Shown here piece by piece: positions 25,134 through 39,900 of a DNA stretch of 64,000 nucleotides. The notes beneath the pieces were generated by a model, which did not search any database, was not told the DNA's origin, and saw only the letters and a program-made list of their open reading frames with translations. Numbering within the stretch: the stretch's first letter is position 1; each line of letters starts with the position of its first letter. This DNA comes from Balanoglossus misakiensis (lineage: Eukaryota > Animalia > Hemichordata), in contig CM082592.2 in NCBI GenBank assembly GCA_040954595.2, positions 2,545,462-2,609,461 on the forward strand, read 5' to 3'. The position numbers and the translations under genes were made by a program.

Positions 25134-26577
25134 ATATAGCTGCAAGCAGCAATAGCGGGCCCAAGCCAACATAGCACATAGCAACATAGCAATAAGCATA
25201 TCTGCTCTGGATGCCAAGATATGGAAAAGTAGGTCAAAGGTCACCTGAGGTCATGCAAAATTTCGGCAAGAAATTTTGACCCTATACTGGTCCATGTTCA
25301 ACAAAAACCAAACCTATAGCCCTATTGGTTAGCCTTGAATTAGGTATGCACATAATTAATGAGGTAGGCAGGTGTCACAGGTGACCCCCAATTTTGGCTT
25401 TTCAATTTTAGTACCAACCCTCCAAACGCCAAGTCTGTACCTGCTCTGGATGCCAAGATCTGGTAAAGTAGGTCAAAGGTCACCTGAGGTCATGCAAAAT
25501 TTGGGCAAGAAATTTTGACCCTATACTGGTCCATGTTCAACAACAACCAAACCTATAGCCCTATTGGTTAGCCTGGAATTAGGTATGCACATAATTAATG
25601 AGATATGCAGGTGTCACAGGTGACCCCCAATTTTGGCTTTTCAATTTTATAGCCAACCCTCCAAACGCCAAGTCTGTACCTGCCCTGGGTGCCAAGATAT
25701 GGTAAAGTAGGTCAAAGGTCACCTGAGGTCATGCAAAATTTGGGCAAGAAATTTTGACCCAATACTGGTCCATGTCCCACAAGAAAGAAACCTCTAGCCC
25801 TCTTAGTTAGCCCACAATTAGGTATGCACATAATTAATGAGTTAAGCAGGTGTTACAGGTGAGCCTAAAAGTGTGCCTTTTATTTTGGTGCCATTGTGCT
25901 CACTGACAGGACTATTGCACAGACCAGAATTCCACAATAAGACATGGACATAGCTTAACCATAGAGGTATAAGTAAAGGTATAAATTTAATAAAAAAATT
26001 AATATAAAAAAGACGGTCGATTTTTCATATTATTTTTTTCTGCTTAAAATTATTGACCAATGCTAGGCTAGCTGCACACCAAAGTTGGAGATGATTGGTC
26101 TAACAGATTTTGAGATATGTATGCATATTTATCCAAAATAATATGTGGTCATAGCTTTACTATGGAAAGTATAGGCACATGGCTTGGTCAAAAAATATCA
26201 AAAATAATACTTAAAAATCTTCTTCTGAAAATTGGCATGGCCAATGGCCTTGACATTTGGCATGTAGGACACTGACCACATGGTCCGCAAAAGTTGCTAA
26301 AAGAATTTTGATATCTCCATTCATATGCAAATAAGGCCGATTTGAAAATTCTGCCCATATATGGTCATCAAGTCACGTGACTAATTAAACATTCACAAGG
26401 GTACTGCACTAGCTCTCATTGGCCTGCACCATTGTGCCAAGTTTGAAATTGGTAGGTTTAGCAGTTTTCCAGATCTACCTCGCCAAAGAAAACGACAGAA
26501 GAAGAAAAAGAAGAAGAAGTAGAAGAAAAACCCCAGTAATACCAATAGGGCACAAGCCTGTGGGGCTTGTGCCCTAA
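25134..26577. mobile_element. E4: non-autonomous Helentron of a divergent subfamily, nested in the right end of E3
   Basis: Left end ATATAGCTGCAAGCAGC...GGGCCCAAGCC; right hairpin AGGGCACAAGCCTGTGGGGCTTGTGCCCTAA; absent from copy 2. Confidence 0.82.
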
Positions 26578-29500
26578 AAATTCCAACGAAACCAATACGG
26601 GCCCAAGCCTGGCTTGGCTTGGGCCCGTAATTAAAGCTGCGAGCAGCATTGTCGGGCCCAAGCGCTGATCTCGAATTATATATGCACAGTATGAATGAGA
26701 AGAAACAGAATTTTCTATCGGATGTATTATCTCATGACATATCAAGGACGTGTGTATTTTTGCTGCTGAAATAGGGTGAAGTAGGTCAAAGGTCACCTGA
26801 GGTCACCTAACATTTGGGAAAGAATTTTTGACCCATACTCGTCCATGTCCAACAAAACCCAAAACTCTAGCTCTATTGGTTCGCCTGTAATTAGGTATGT
26901 GCATATTTAATGAGGTCAGCAGGTGTCACAGGTGACCCAAAAATTTGGCTTTACATTAAGCTCCCATCCTGCCAAATGCCAAGGCTGTATCTGCTCTGGA
27001 TGCTGAGATATGCGAAAGTAGGTCAAAGGTCACCAGAGGTCACCCAACATTTAGGCAAAAAATTTTGACCCCATACTGGTCCATGTTCAACAAAAACCAA
27101 ACCTCTAGCTCTATTGGTTCGCCTGTAATTAGCTATGCACATAATTAATGAGGTCAGCTGAGGTCAAAGGGGTCATGAAAAGTAGCAAAATATTTTGATC
27201 ACACACTAATCCACATTCATCAAAAACCAAACGTCTAGCCCTATAGGTTAGCCAGGAATTAGATATGCAGAAATAATAACGCGTGATAAGTAGGTCAAAG
27301 GTCATGTGAAAAATCGTCAAAAAATTGTAACATATTTTAGTCACATGACGATTGATATCCATAAAAAGAATTTGTATGCTATCAATTTTAAGACTAGAAA
27401 AAGGAATTTCAATTTTTCACTGCTTTTTACAAAATCCAATATGGCCGCCATAATCTTTGACCAATCACAATGCTGTTTGCAAACTTGATAGACATCAGTG
27501 TAGTGACCATACTCCCCGAATCTTGCGACTCAGTCATCGCCCGTTCTGGAGTAGAAGATTTTTGGAGTTTAACTATGGTTTTTCGAAAATCCAATATGGC
27601 CGCCATAATCTTCGACCAATCACAATGATCTTCGCAAACTTGATAGACATCAGTTAGGTGACCACATACCCCAAACCGCGTGACTCGGTTATCGCCGGTT
27701 CTGGAGAAGAAGATTTTTGAAATTTTGACCAGATTTCAGAAAAACAACTGTAGCAAAAAAACTGCAACATTGACAGCAAAATATCCAATTACAAAAATGA
27801 TGGGCTGAAGGTACACTACCTGCACGCCAAATCTGAAGTCGATCTGACTTGTAGTTTCTGAGATCTGAGATTTGCATTTTTTCAGAAAATCCAATATGGC
27901 CGCCATGTCACGTGACTAATTAAATATTCACAAGCCACTGCACATCTACTCATTGACCTTGACCACTGTAGCAAGTTTGAGAAGTGTACCTGCAGTAGTT
28001 TCAGAGATTTAGTTGGCCGAAGAATTGACACAAGAAAAAAGAAAGAAAGAAAGAAAGATTAAAGCTGCGAGCAGCATTGTCGGGCCCAAGCGCTGATCTT
28101 GAATTATATATGCACAGTATGAATGAGAAGAAACAGAATTTTCTATCGGATGTATTATCTCATGACATAACAAGGATGTGTGTATTTTTGATGCTGAAAT
28201 AGGGTGAAGTAGGTCAAAGGTCACCTGAGGTCACCCAACATTTGAGCAATTTTTTTTACCCATACTGGTCCATGTCCAACAAAAACCAAAATTCTAGCTC
28301 TATTGGTTCGCCTGTAATTAGGTATGTGCATATTTAATGAGGTCAGCAGGTGTTACAGGTGACCCAAAAATGTGGCTTTACATTTTGGTCCCATCCTACC
28401 AAATGCCATGGCTGTATCTGCTCTGGATGCTGAGATATGCGAAAGTAGGTCAAAGGTCACCAGAGGTCACCCAACATTTGGGCAAAAAATGTTGATCCCA
28501 TACTGGTCCATGTCCAACACAAACCAAACCTCTAGCTCTATCGGTTCGCCTGTAATTAGCTATGCACATAATTAATGAGGTCGGCAGAGGTCAAAGGGGT
28601 CATGAAAAGTAGCAAAATATTTTGATCACACACTAATCCACATTCATCAAAAACCAAACGTCCAGCCCTATAGGTTAGCCTGGAATTAGATATGCAAAAA
28701 TAATAACGCGTGATAAGTAGGTCAAAGGTCATGTGAAAAATCGCCAAAAAATTGTAACATATTTCAGTCACATGACGATTGATATCCATTAAAAGAATTT
28801 GTATGCTATCAATTTTTAGACTAGAAAAAGGAATTTCAATTTTTCACTGCTTTTTACAAAATCCAATATGGCCGCCATAATCTTCGACCAATCACAATGC
28901 TCTTTGCAAACTTGATAGACATCAGTGTAGTGACCATACTCCCCGAATCTTGCGACTCAGTTATTGCCCGTTCTGGAGAAGAAGATTTTTGGAGTTAACT
29001 ATGGTTTTTCGAAAATCCAATATGGCCGCCATAATCTTCGACCAATCACAATGATCTTCGCAAACTTGATAGACATCAGTTAGGTGACCACATACCCCAA
29101 ACCCCGTGTCTCGGTTATCACCGGTTCTGGAGAAGAAGATTTTTGAAATTTAAGCCAGATTTCAGAAAAAAAATTGTAGCAAAAAAACTGCAACATTGAC
29201 AGCAAAATTTCCAATTACAAAAATGATGCGTAGAAGGTAGTCTACCTGCATGCCAAATTTGAAGTCGATCTGACTTGTAGTTTCTGAGATCTGAGATTTG
29301 CATTTTTTCAGAAAATCCAATATGGCCGCCAGGTCACATGACTAATTAAGTATTCACAAGTCACTGCACATCTACTCATAGACCTTGACAACTGTAGCAA
29401 GTTTGAGCAGTGTACCTGCAGTAGTTTCAGAGATCTCGTTGGCCGAAGAATTGACACAAGAAAAAAGAAAGAAAGAAAGAAAGAAAGAATTAAAGCTGCA

Positions 29501-32500
29501 AGCAGCATTGTCCGGGCCCAAGCTCTATTATCTGATCTGATTATTAGATATGCACATAATTAATGAGTAGAAACATAATGCTGTGTTTTATCCCATGAAA
29601 TATCAAGGTTATATCTATGTTTGGTGTTGATATAGTGTTAAGTAGGTCAAAGGTCACCCAGAGGTCACCCACAATTTGGGCAGAAAATTTTGACCCAAAG
29701 TGGTCCATGTCTAACAAAACCCAGACCTCTAGCCCTTTTGGTTAGTCCGGAATTAGGTATGCACATAAATAATGCATAAAGCAGGTGTCACAGGTGACCC
29801 AAAACTTTGGCTTTTCATTATGGCCCCCATACCTCCAAATGCCAAGGCTGTACCTGCTTTGGATGCCGATATATGCAAAAGTAGGTCAAAGGTCATCCGA
29901 GGTCACCCAACATTTGGGCAAAAAAATTTGACCCAATACTGGTTCATGTCCAACAAAAACCAAACCTCTAGGTCTATTGGTTCATCTGTATTTAGGTATG
30001 CGCATATTTAATGAGGTCCGCAGAGGTCAAAGGGGTCATGAAAAGTAGCGAAATTTTTTGATCGCATACAAATCCACATACATCAAAAACCAAACTTATA
30101 GCCCTATTGGTTAGCCTGGAATTAGATATGCAGAAAAATGATGCGTCAAAAGTAGGTCAAAGGTCATTGCCAAAATGACCAAAATATTTATAGCTTATTC
30201 TTGGCATATGATGATTCATATCCATAAAAAGAATTTCTGTGCTATCAAATTTTAGGCTAGAAAGGGAATTTTTACTTTTTAATCGTTTTTCACAAAATCC
30301 AATATGGCCGCCATAATCTTCGACCAATCACATTTACCTTCCCAAACTTGATAGACATCTGTTTAATGACCACACACACCAAATCTTGTGACTCAGTTAT
30401 CGCCGGTTCTTGAGAAGAAGATTTTTGAAATTTTACTAGGGTTTTTCGAAAATCCAATATGGCCGCCAAAATCTTCGACCAATCACAATGATCTTCGCAA
30501 ACTTGATAGACCTCAGTTTGGTGACCACATACCCCAAACCGCGTGACTCGGTTATCGCTGGTTCTGGAGAAGAAGATTTTTGAAATTTTTACCAGATTTC
30601 AGAAAAACAACTGTAGCAAAAAAACTGCAACATTGACAGCATAATTTCCAATTACAAAAATGTTTGCCAAAAGGTAGTCTACCTGCACGCCAAATTTGAA
30701 GTCGATCTGACTTGTAGTTTCTGAGATCTGAGATTTGCATTTTTTCAGAAAATCCAATATGGCCGCCATGTCACGGTCAAAGGTCATTGCCAAAATTACC
30801 AAAATATTTGGGGTAGGTCCTGGCAGGGGTGATACCAATGTGCACAAAAATCAGAACTCTGGTACATTTAGAACAGGTAGAATGAGCTATATATGCATCC
30901 CTATAGGTTAGCCTGGAAATAGATATGCAGAAATAATAATGTGTGAAAAGTAGGTCAAAGGTCAAGTGAAAAATCGCCAAAAATTTGTAACATATTTTAG
31001 TCATATGATGATTGATATCCATAAAAATAATTTGCATGCTATCAATGTATAGACTAGAAAAAGGAATTTCAATTTTTCACTGCTTTTTACAAAATCCAAT
31101 ATGGCCGCCATATTTTTCGACCAATCACAATGCTCTTTGCAAACCTGATAGACATCAGTGTAATGACCATACTCCCCGAATCTTGCGACTCAGTTATCGC
31201 CAGTTCTGGAGAAGATTGTTGGAGTTTTACTATGGTTTTTCGAAAATCCAATATGGCCGCCATAATCTTCGACCAATCACAATGGTCTTGGCAAACTTAG
31301 TAAAAATTGTGGCAAAAAAACTGGAACATGGACAGCATAATGTCCAATTACAAAAATGATGGGCAGAAGGTAGACTACAAACTATTATGATTACACACTA
31401 ATCCACATGCATCATTACACATGCAGTAGTTGAGGGCGAAATACAAAGTTAGAATGGACACATTATGTGATTGGTTAATTAGTCACAAGTGATGTGTGGA
31501 TTGGTTGTAAATAGTTGAAAATTTTCATCTGAATCAGTGAAAGTTTTGACAGAGGTATTTGTTTGGCTATAAACATATCTTTATTTAAGTGAACAGATCT
31601 GTATATTACATTCATTAACTGTGAAGAGGATGTAGTATAGATATACCAATATATTGAGCTGTATAAACGGAGTGTTAACCCAACACGTCTATGGGGTATG
31701 AATCTGAAAGCAACTTCATCCTACGCACTTGAATCCGAAAACGAATCTGACTCCAGCAGAGGCGTTGACCTGAATCCGGTGAGTAACACGTATACAATTA
31801 CATGCAGTTTTTAAATGTGGTACGAATGAGAGAATCGGTGGTTTGAACGTATAATACTTGGTGATGTTGGTTATGAAGTTGTTGTTTAACCAATGGTAGT
31901 GTGATTTTGTTTGTTTGTGAGACGATGGCAGTTTTGTAAGATGTTTTGTATTTTCGTCTCGAGCGAATTCCAATATGGCGGCTATCGTAACGTGTCGAGA
32001 TTGCTTACTGTATGTAAAGAATCCATGGTACCGTAAGCATGCATGTTTTGGCAAATGTTATATATGTTGAGATGGTGGAGTTTGCTGGATTAAATAGAAC
32101 AATTAGAGGCTGAGTAAATCAGAGTTTCTAGTGCGTTCCATTCAAGTTGAAATTACGAGATAAGCTTCTTTTTGCAGTCAATGTACAAATGATTATTTAG
32201 ACTGGAAAGGGTTTAGGCAAGCGAATCTCTTGAGCGGAAGTGTAGAATTCGGGCGATCGGTGTGTCATGCGTATGTTACGTACAAGCGTTGGTAAAGTAT
32301 TATTTCTGGGATGTGTATTTGTAAAAAAAAATAAACTGTGTTATATTTATGGATTGGCTTTTCCAAATACGTAAATACTGCATTTATTTCTGTGAATATT
32401 GTATGTTTATGTGATCAAAAGCCCAGGGGTTATCATTGTAATTTTTATCAGTTAAATCGATTTGTTTTTTGATAATTGAAAGGAATTTTGCTTCAAATAT

Positions 32501-33038
32501 TGAACAATCTGTGTGAGTACAAAACAGAAACATTGCTGGATTATTTGTTGTTTTAGTTGTTTGTAAAAATGTGGGGACAAGCGGAGAATTGGCCAAATAT
32601 TTTTGGTGACCACTGTCTTTAGTGTGTATGCTTTCTGGTGGTGACAGGTGTGCCAAAACATAGACAATGGAATCTGGCAGGAGCATGAAAAGAACAGTTG
32701 ACTTGTAAACATATTTTGATGCCATGAAACTATGTTGTGGGCAAGACAAGTTATGTTATCAATCTGTGGTAACCTGTATGTGCCATTTGCATGGAAACTG
32801 TGATCAAGATATGAATTTCTGAATATCACAAGCTTGGCAGTGAATTCATTGTTAATTGTTATCCTGTTTGTAGGCAATTGTATATTTTCATGTACTAGTT
32901 TAAATATACATTTAAAGTTAATTAGTTATTAATTATTATTTATTATTTTCTTGACAGATTTTGGCTACCAAAGAGTTTTCAAGGTGAGTGTTGGTGCACA
33001 ACAGTGCATAGTATCATAGATTAACACACTCAGGTGTG

Positions 33039-35124
33039 CATTCAGGGTCAGGTCTGAAGCCTTATTTGGTTGTACACGGTGGATGTTGGGGTGTCCGTGT
33101 ATTTGTTTATGTGTGTGCAAATTCATACATGTATGCCTATTGTACTTGGACTTGATATTGCTAACTGGTAGAAATGGTTTTGAAGTGAAATTTTATTCAC
33201 ATTTGTCTGAGTACATTGCAACGTAAATGGGAAAATGTCGGGTCATTCAGGGTCAGGTCTGAAGCCTTATTTGGTTGTACACGGTGGATGTTGGGGTGTC
33301 CGTGTATTTGTTTATGTCTGTGCAATTTCATACATGTATGCCTATCGTACTTGGACTTGATATTGCTAACTGGTGGAAATGGTTTTGAAGTGAAATTTTA
33401 TTCAGATTTGGCTAAGTACATTGCAACGTAAATGGGAAAATGTTTGGTCATTCAGGGTCAGGTCTGAAGCCTTATTTGGTTGTACACGGTGGATGTTGGG
33501 GTGTCCGTGTATTTGTTTATGTGTGTGCAAATTCATACATGTATGCCTATCGTACTTGGACTTGATATTGCTAACTGGTGGAAATGGTTTTGAAGTGAAA
33601 TTTTATTCAGATTTGGCTAAGTACATTGCAACGTAAATGGGAAAATGTCGGGTCATTCAGGGTCAGGTCTGAAGCCTTATTTGGTTGTACACGGTGGATG
33701 TTGGGGTGTCCGTGTATTTGTTTATGTGTGTGCAAATTCATACATGTATGCCTATCGCACTTGGACTTGATATTGCTAACTGGTGGAAATGGTTTTGAAG
33801 TGAAATTTTATTCAGATTTGGCTGAGTACATTGCAACGTAAATGGGAAAATGTTGGGTCATTCAGGGTCAGGTCTGAAGCCTTATTTGGTTGTACACGGT
33901 GGATGTTGGGGTGTCCGTGTATTTGTTTATGTGTGTGCAAATTCATACATGTATGCCTATCGCACTTGGACTTGATATTGCTAACTGGTGGAAATGATTT
34001 TGAAGTGAAATTTTATTCAGATTTGGCGGAGTACATTGCAACGTAAATGGGAAAATGTCGGGTCATTCAGGGTCAGGTCTGAAGCCTTATTTGGTTGTAC
34101 ACGGTGGATGTTGGGGTGTCCGTGTATTTGTGTATGTCTGTGCAAATTCATACATGTATGCCTATCGCACTTGGACTTGATATTGCTAACTGGTGGAAAT
34201 GATTTTGAAGTGAAATTTTATTCAGATTTGGCTGAGTACATTGCAACGTAAATGGGAAAATGTCGGGTCATTCAGGGTCAGGTCTGAAGCCTTATTTGGT
34301 TGTACACGGTGGATGTTGGGGTGTCCGTGTATTTGTGTATGTCTGTGCAAATTCATACATGTATGCCTATCGCACTTGGACTTGATATTGCTAACTGGTG
34401 GAAATGATTTTGAAGTGAAATTTTATTCAGATTTGGCTGAGTACATTGCAACGTAAATGGGAAAATGTCGGGTCATTCAGGGTCAGGTCTGAAGCCTTAT
34501 TTGGTTGTACACTGTGGATGTTGGGGTGTCCGTGTATTTGTTTATGTGTGTGCAAATTCATACATGTATGCCTATCGCACTTGGACTTGATATTGCTAAC
34601 TGGTGGAAATGATTTTGAAGTGAAATTTTATTCAGATTTGGCTGAGTACATTGCAACGTAAATGGGAAAATGTTTGGTCATTCAGGGTCAGGTCTGAAGC
34701 CTTATTTGGTTGTACACGGTGGATGTTGGGGTGTCCGTGTATTTGTTTATGTGTGTGCAAATTCATACATGTATGCCTATCGCACTTGGACTTGATATTG
34801 CTAACTGGTGGAAATGATTTTGAAGTGAAATTTTATTCAGATTTGGCTGAGTACATTGCAACGTAAATGGGAAAATGTTTGGTCATTCAGGGTCAGGTCT
34901 GAAGCCTTATTTGGTTGTACACGGTGGATGTTGGGGTGTCCGTGTATTTGTTTATGTCTGTGCAAATTCATACATGTATGCCTATCGTACTTGGACTTGA
35001 TATTGCTAACTGGTGGAAATGATTTTTAAAGAAAATTTCACTCAGATCTGAGATTTGTCTGAGCACATTCTAATGTGAATGCCAGAATGTTAGGTCATAC
35101 AGGGGTCAGGATTTAAGCCTTATC
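33039..35124. repeat. 205-bp tandem repeat, ~10 copies (copy 2)
   Basis: Same array, with the same order of unit variants in the ORF track, as 7965-10050. Confidence 0.97.
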
Positions 35125-35400
35125 CTGTTTTCCAGCAGAAAAAAAGTGTGTCTGTGATACTTTGTGTGTATATGTGTCTATTTGTATACAAGCATGGGGA
35201 TATGTGTGTATTATGTGTTGCTGTTGAATTACAACTTTGTTCGGACTTAGTTTCTATAAATCACTTCTGTCTGTTAAAAGTTCTACTACTTTTTACTGGT
35301 TATAATCACTAGTGATGTGATTTGATGAGAAGGTTATCTGAAGTCTGGTGGTGAAAGGATAGTAAAAACCTAACTAGACAGTATATTTGCTTTGTTCCAG

Positions 35401-36121
35401 ATGCCACGCAGTAGATACTGGAGGAAGAAGAGGAGTCAGAAGAATGAAGATGCTGTTGTGTCTGAGGATCCTGTCCTCTTGAAAAACAGGATAGCTATAG
35501 AGCACAAAGAGGGGCCTGCCCTCTCTAAAAACAGGAATAGAAATGAATTCAAAGAGGGGCCTGCCCTCTCTAAAAACAGGAATAGAAATGAATTCAAAGA
35601 GGGGCCTGCCCTCTCTAAAAACAGGAATAGAAATGAATACAAAGAGGGGCCTGCCCTCTCTAAAAACAGGAATAGAAATGAATTCAAAGAGGGGCCTGCC
35701 CTCTCTAAAAACAGGAATAGAAATGAATACAAAGAGGGGCCTGCCCTCTCTAAAAACAGGAATAGAAATGAATTCAAAGAGGGGCCTGCCCTCTCTAAAA
35801 ACAGGAATAGAAATGAATTCAAAGAGGGGCCTGCCCTCTCTAAAAACAGGAATATGGATAAAATCAGAAAAAGTGACATAGAAAATGAAAGTACAAAAGT
35901 CAACAATGAGATATTTGAGACTGAAAATCAAAGTGTTGATAAGACTGAAGGAAGTAATGAAATTCTGCTACAACATAGTCTTGACTATGATTCATCGGAC
36001 GACCTATATATTGGTAGTGGAACAGAGGACAGTGTTTATTCATTCTCTCCACTTACTTCTGATGTATGTGAACAGCTGTGTTGCAAATTTGATATTGTAG
36101 ATAAAAATAAAATTGATGTTT
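35401..36121 (+). CDS. N-terminal part of the Helentron protein, copy 2
   Basis: Same translation as 10327-11047. Confidence 0.8.
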
Positions 36122-36969
36122 CAGGGTTCTCCACGCTTTGAAAATTAAGAGGGGCGGATAATTTACATAATATTAGCATATCATTTGCATAAAATTAACA
36201 TAATGTTTCTTTGTATTTGTGGAATGCACCAGACAACGAAATCTCGATGTCCCAAAATATTTTGCTCTAACTTCACAGAATTTCAAACAAAAGTCAAAGG
36301 AGTGACATTTTAAGATACAAAGGTATAAATATAAGTATGTAGACACACTGTCGAAAACACGGTCGCGCGCGTTCGACTGACCGCGACCGTGTGCGTACAT
36401 CGCGTCCACAGCTCAATGCAGTTGGCTGGGTCCCCGATCGCGCGCGCGACCACCCGCTCTCGACATCGGCTCCAAAGTCGTTGTCACGGTCGGGATTACT
36501 AATGGCCTTGATCGGTATAAAATTGTAGTCAATGAAACCCCCAAAAATCGTAATCATTGTTGAAGTCGCTGTCATGAAAATGTCCAGTGAAAAATTTGCC
36601 GTCTTCCGGGTTTACAAAGTGAAGGAAGGACGCATACTGTCAAAGGTCACGTAATTAGGTCATGTCGATAACACCATCGTTTTTCTCTGGGCCGGTACTT
36701 TGAAATTGATCCGAATGTGTGAAACGGTTTCCATTTGCCATGCTAAGTGTTACTATGGTGCATGACAAAGTGTGAATGACCATTTTGTTCACGTCCACCC
36801 CCAAAAGACACTAGTAACACTATAAACCACAACGCGCGAGCTTTGTTTTCTACCGGGTAAAACAAAGGGGCGGTGTTGTCAAATGCAGGGGCGGCACATA
36901 CGACAGAGGGGCGGCCGCAAAAAACAGAGGGGCGGGCCGCCCCTCAAAACCCCCCCGTGGAGAACCCTG
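36122..36969. mobile_element. 848-bp TIR transposon, copy 2
   Basis: Same TIRs, TSD and insertion point as 11048-11895. Confidence 0.93.
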
Positions 36970-36974
36970 TGTTT

Positions 36975-39900
36975 TAAATAAACTTGGAAGTGTTACAATT
37001 GGAGACCCATGTAATTACAAGTCAATAATTGGTGATGGTAACTGTTATTTTAGGTCCTTGTCATATTGTATAAGTGGGACTGAGCGAAATCACGGAGTAA
37101 TTCGAATGGCTATTGTGAATCACTTGAAAGCCAATGAGGAAGTATATTCAGGCTGGGTAAGGTTAGATGGATATACATCAGTTGCTGATTATATTGAGAA
37201 GTCCAGAATGGATCGTCTTGGAACATGGGCTACAGAAACTGAAATCCTTGCCACTACTAATCTCTTCAATGTGAATATTTTCGTGTACAGTTTCGATAGT
37301 TGGTGGAAACATTCTTGTAATATAATCAATAAAAATAATGTTGATAGAGGTGTAGGTATATATCTGAACCATCGTAATAGAAACCATTATGAAGTAGTTG
37401 AGTGTGTGAAGACACCACAGTTGGAAACTTGTCACTGTACACACATTGATTGCAATGTAGTTTTCCCTATTGAAAATGTGACTGGAGAATGCATGGATGT
37501 GACAGATGAGTGTTCAAAACAGACTGGTTTGCGAAAAGAGTGTGATTTGGATGACGTATTTCCTACTCATGAAGAATTACAGTGTCTTGCACTACAAAGA
37601 GGTAAGAAACGCAGAACAGCCATGAGTGTACGGCTAAGAAAGAAAGTCAGACGCGAAAGGTATGAAATTGAAACAACCAAAGTGAATAATTTGAATGTGT
37701 CCAATAGTGTGAAAAGCAGTAAAGCAGTTAAACAATATGAACGTTATCAGACAAATAGTGAATATAGAGACAATATAAAATTGGATAATAGAAAGAGGTA
37801 TCATGAAAATGTAATGTATAGAGAAAACAAGAAATGTAAACTTACAGGAAGATACGCAGATGATCAAGTTTTTCGTGAAGCTCAGAAAATTGTCTGTGCA
37901 CAACAGTGTGTGGCAAAATATACAAATAACCAACTATACAGAGAACACAAGAAGAGTCAGAGTGCGGCACATTTTCTTGACAAGTATAAAACAGATCAGA
38001 AGTTTCAAAGACAAAAGCAAAAACAATGTTTGGAGAGGTACCAACAGGTTCAAGAGTATAAAGAGTCTGCATTGAAGAGGAGTCGTAGAGAGAGGAAAGT
38101 GGCTAAGATTGAAAAGCAAAATATAGAGCATATTATAATTGATTTCAGGAATCAGACTTCAGTTGGCCCAAATTGTGTATGTTCAGTTTGTCATCGGAGA
38201 CTTTTTAGAAAACAAGTAATTGTTTGTAAGATGCATAACTATATCTCTAAGGGAGGTCTCTGTGAAATGAATGCCAACAAGTGCATAACAGAAGATTATG
38301 TACATAACTGTAGTGAATTATGTATTGTTGATTGTCCACTTAAGACCAGTGCAGCTAGTAAATTATGGATTTGTCACACATGCCATAGCAAACTGTTGCG
38401 TGCAGAGATGCCTGTTCAAGCGGCTGCAAACAATCTTGATGTAAAACCAATCCCTAATGAATTAAAATGTCTGAATTCTTTAGAGCAACATTTAATTGCA
38501 CTGCATATTCCTTTCATGAAAATGATGGCTCTGCCAAAAGGTGGTCAGAATGGTGTTCATGGACCTGTTGTATGTGTCCCATCTAATATAGAAAAAGCCA
38601 CAAGTATTTTGCCTAGAGGTGAATTGGATGACCAGATGATAAAGGTGAAATTAAAGCGGCAATTAAGTTACAAAGGTTGTTATCAGTATCAATTTGTAAA
38701 CAAAGGGCACATACAGAATGCACTGGAATACCTAAAGAAAAACAACAAGTGGTATAATGATGTAAAATTTAATCCCACTTGGAAAAATACTCTTGAAAAG
38801 ACTGAAGAAAAAACTGACGGTGAAGGTAATGAAAACAATGAGGAAAACACTTCAGATACTGAAGGCAATGATGTAACATCGGATACAGAAGATGGAAATG
38901 AGCCTGATACAGATACTAATGGAATATTCATGGACACATGCTTTCAACCGGTTGACATAGGTCAAGATATTCTTGATTATCACTTTCAGGATATAGCTTG
39001 TGTTGCTCCTGCAGAGGGTAATGCACCTATTAGTGTGTTGATGGAGAATTTCAATGAAGCTAAGTGCTTTCCAGTCTTATTCCCAAATGGGTCACCGACA
39101 TTTCATGATGACAGAGAGGTAAAGATAACAATAGGACGATACCTGCAAAGTCGCCTGATGAATGCAAGTAACAGGTTTGCAAAAAGCACAGACTACATAT
39201 TTTATGCACAATATCGTTCAGAACTTGACCAGGTTGTATCAAATGTGTCAATTGCTTTGAGAAAAGGAACTGCCAATGCTTGTGGGAAAAAGGTGACATC
39301 TGAAGTTCTGACTAATACAGATTCTTTGAAAGAGATATTGAAGTGTGATGAAGGCTACAAGTTTTTAAAACCAGTACGAGGGACTCCTCCTTATTGGCAG
39401 GCCACACAGAAAGATTTATTTGCAATGATCAGGCAGTTAGGTATACCAACATGGTTCTGCTCATTTTCTGCTGCCGACTTACGGTGGAAAGAAGTAATTG
39501 AGACTATCCTACGTGAAGAAGGTGATGTACGTAATGCTGAGGATCTTGATTGGTCTGAGAAATGTGGTATCTTGAGACGAAACCCTGTGACTGCAGCAAG
39601 AATGTTTGATCATAGATTTCATTGTTTTTTGACTGATGTAATTATGTCACCAGCTAGTCCTATTGGGAAGATCAAAGATTATTTTTATCGAGTTGAGTTT
39701 CAACAACGTGGCTCACCACACACTCACTGTTTGTTTTGGGTTGAAAATGCCCCAAAAGTGGACAAAGATTCTGATGAAGATGTTGTTGAGTTTGTTGACA
39801 GATATGTAACATGCGAAATGCCTTCTATTGAAGAGGATGAGGTACTGCATGAGATTGTGAAAACAGTCCAGAAACACAGCTCAAGGCATTCAAAATCTTG

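Larger units (their letters stand above)
4416..26630 (+). mobile_element. E3: coding Helentron copy 1 (~20.8 kb; body 4416-25133, tail 26578-26630; E4 nested)
   Basis: Same terminal motifs as E2 and contains the Rep-helicase-endonuclease ORF. Identity with copy 2 starts exactly at the left terminus and includes the detached 53-bp tail. Confidence 0.88.
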
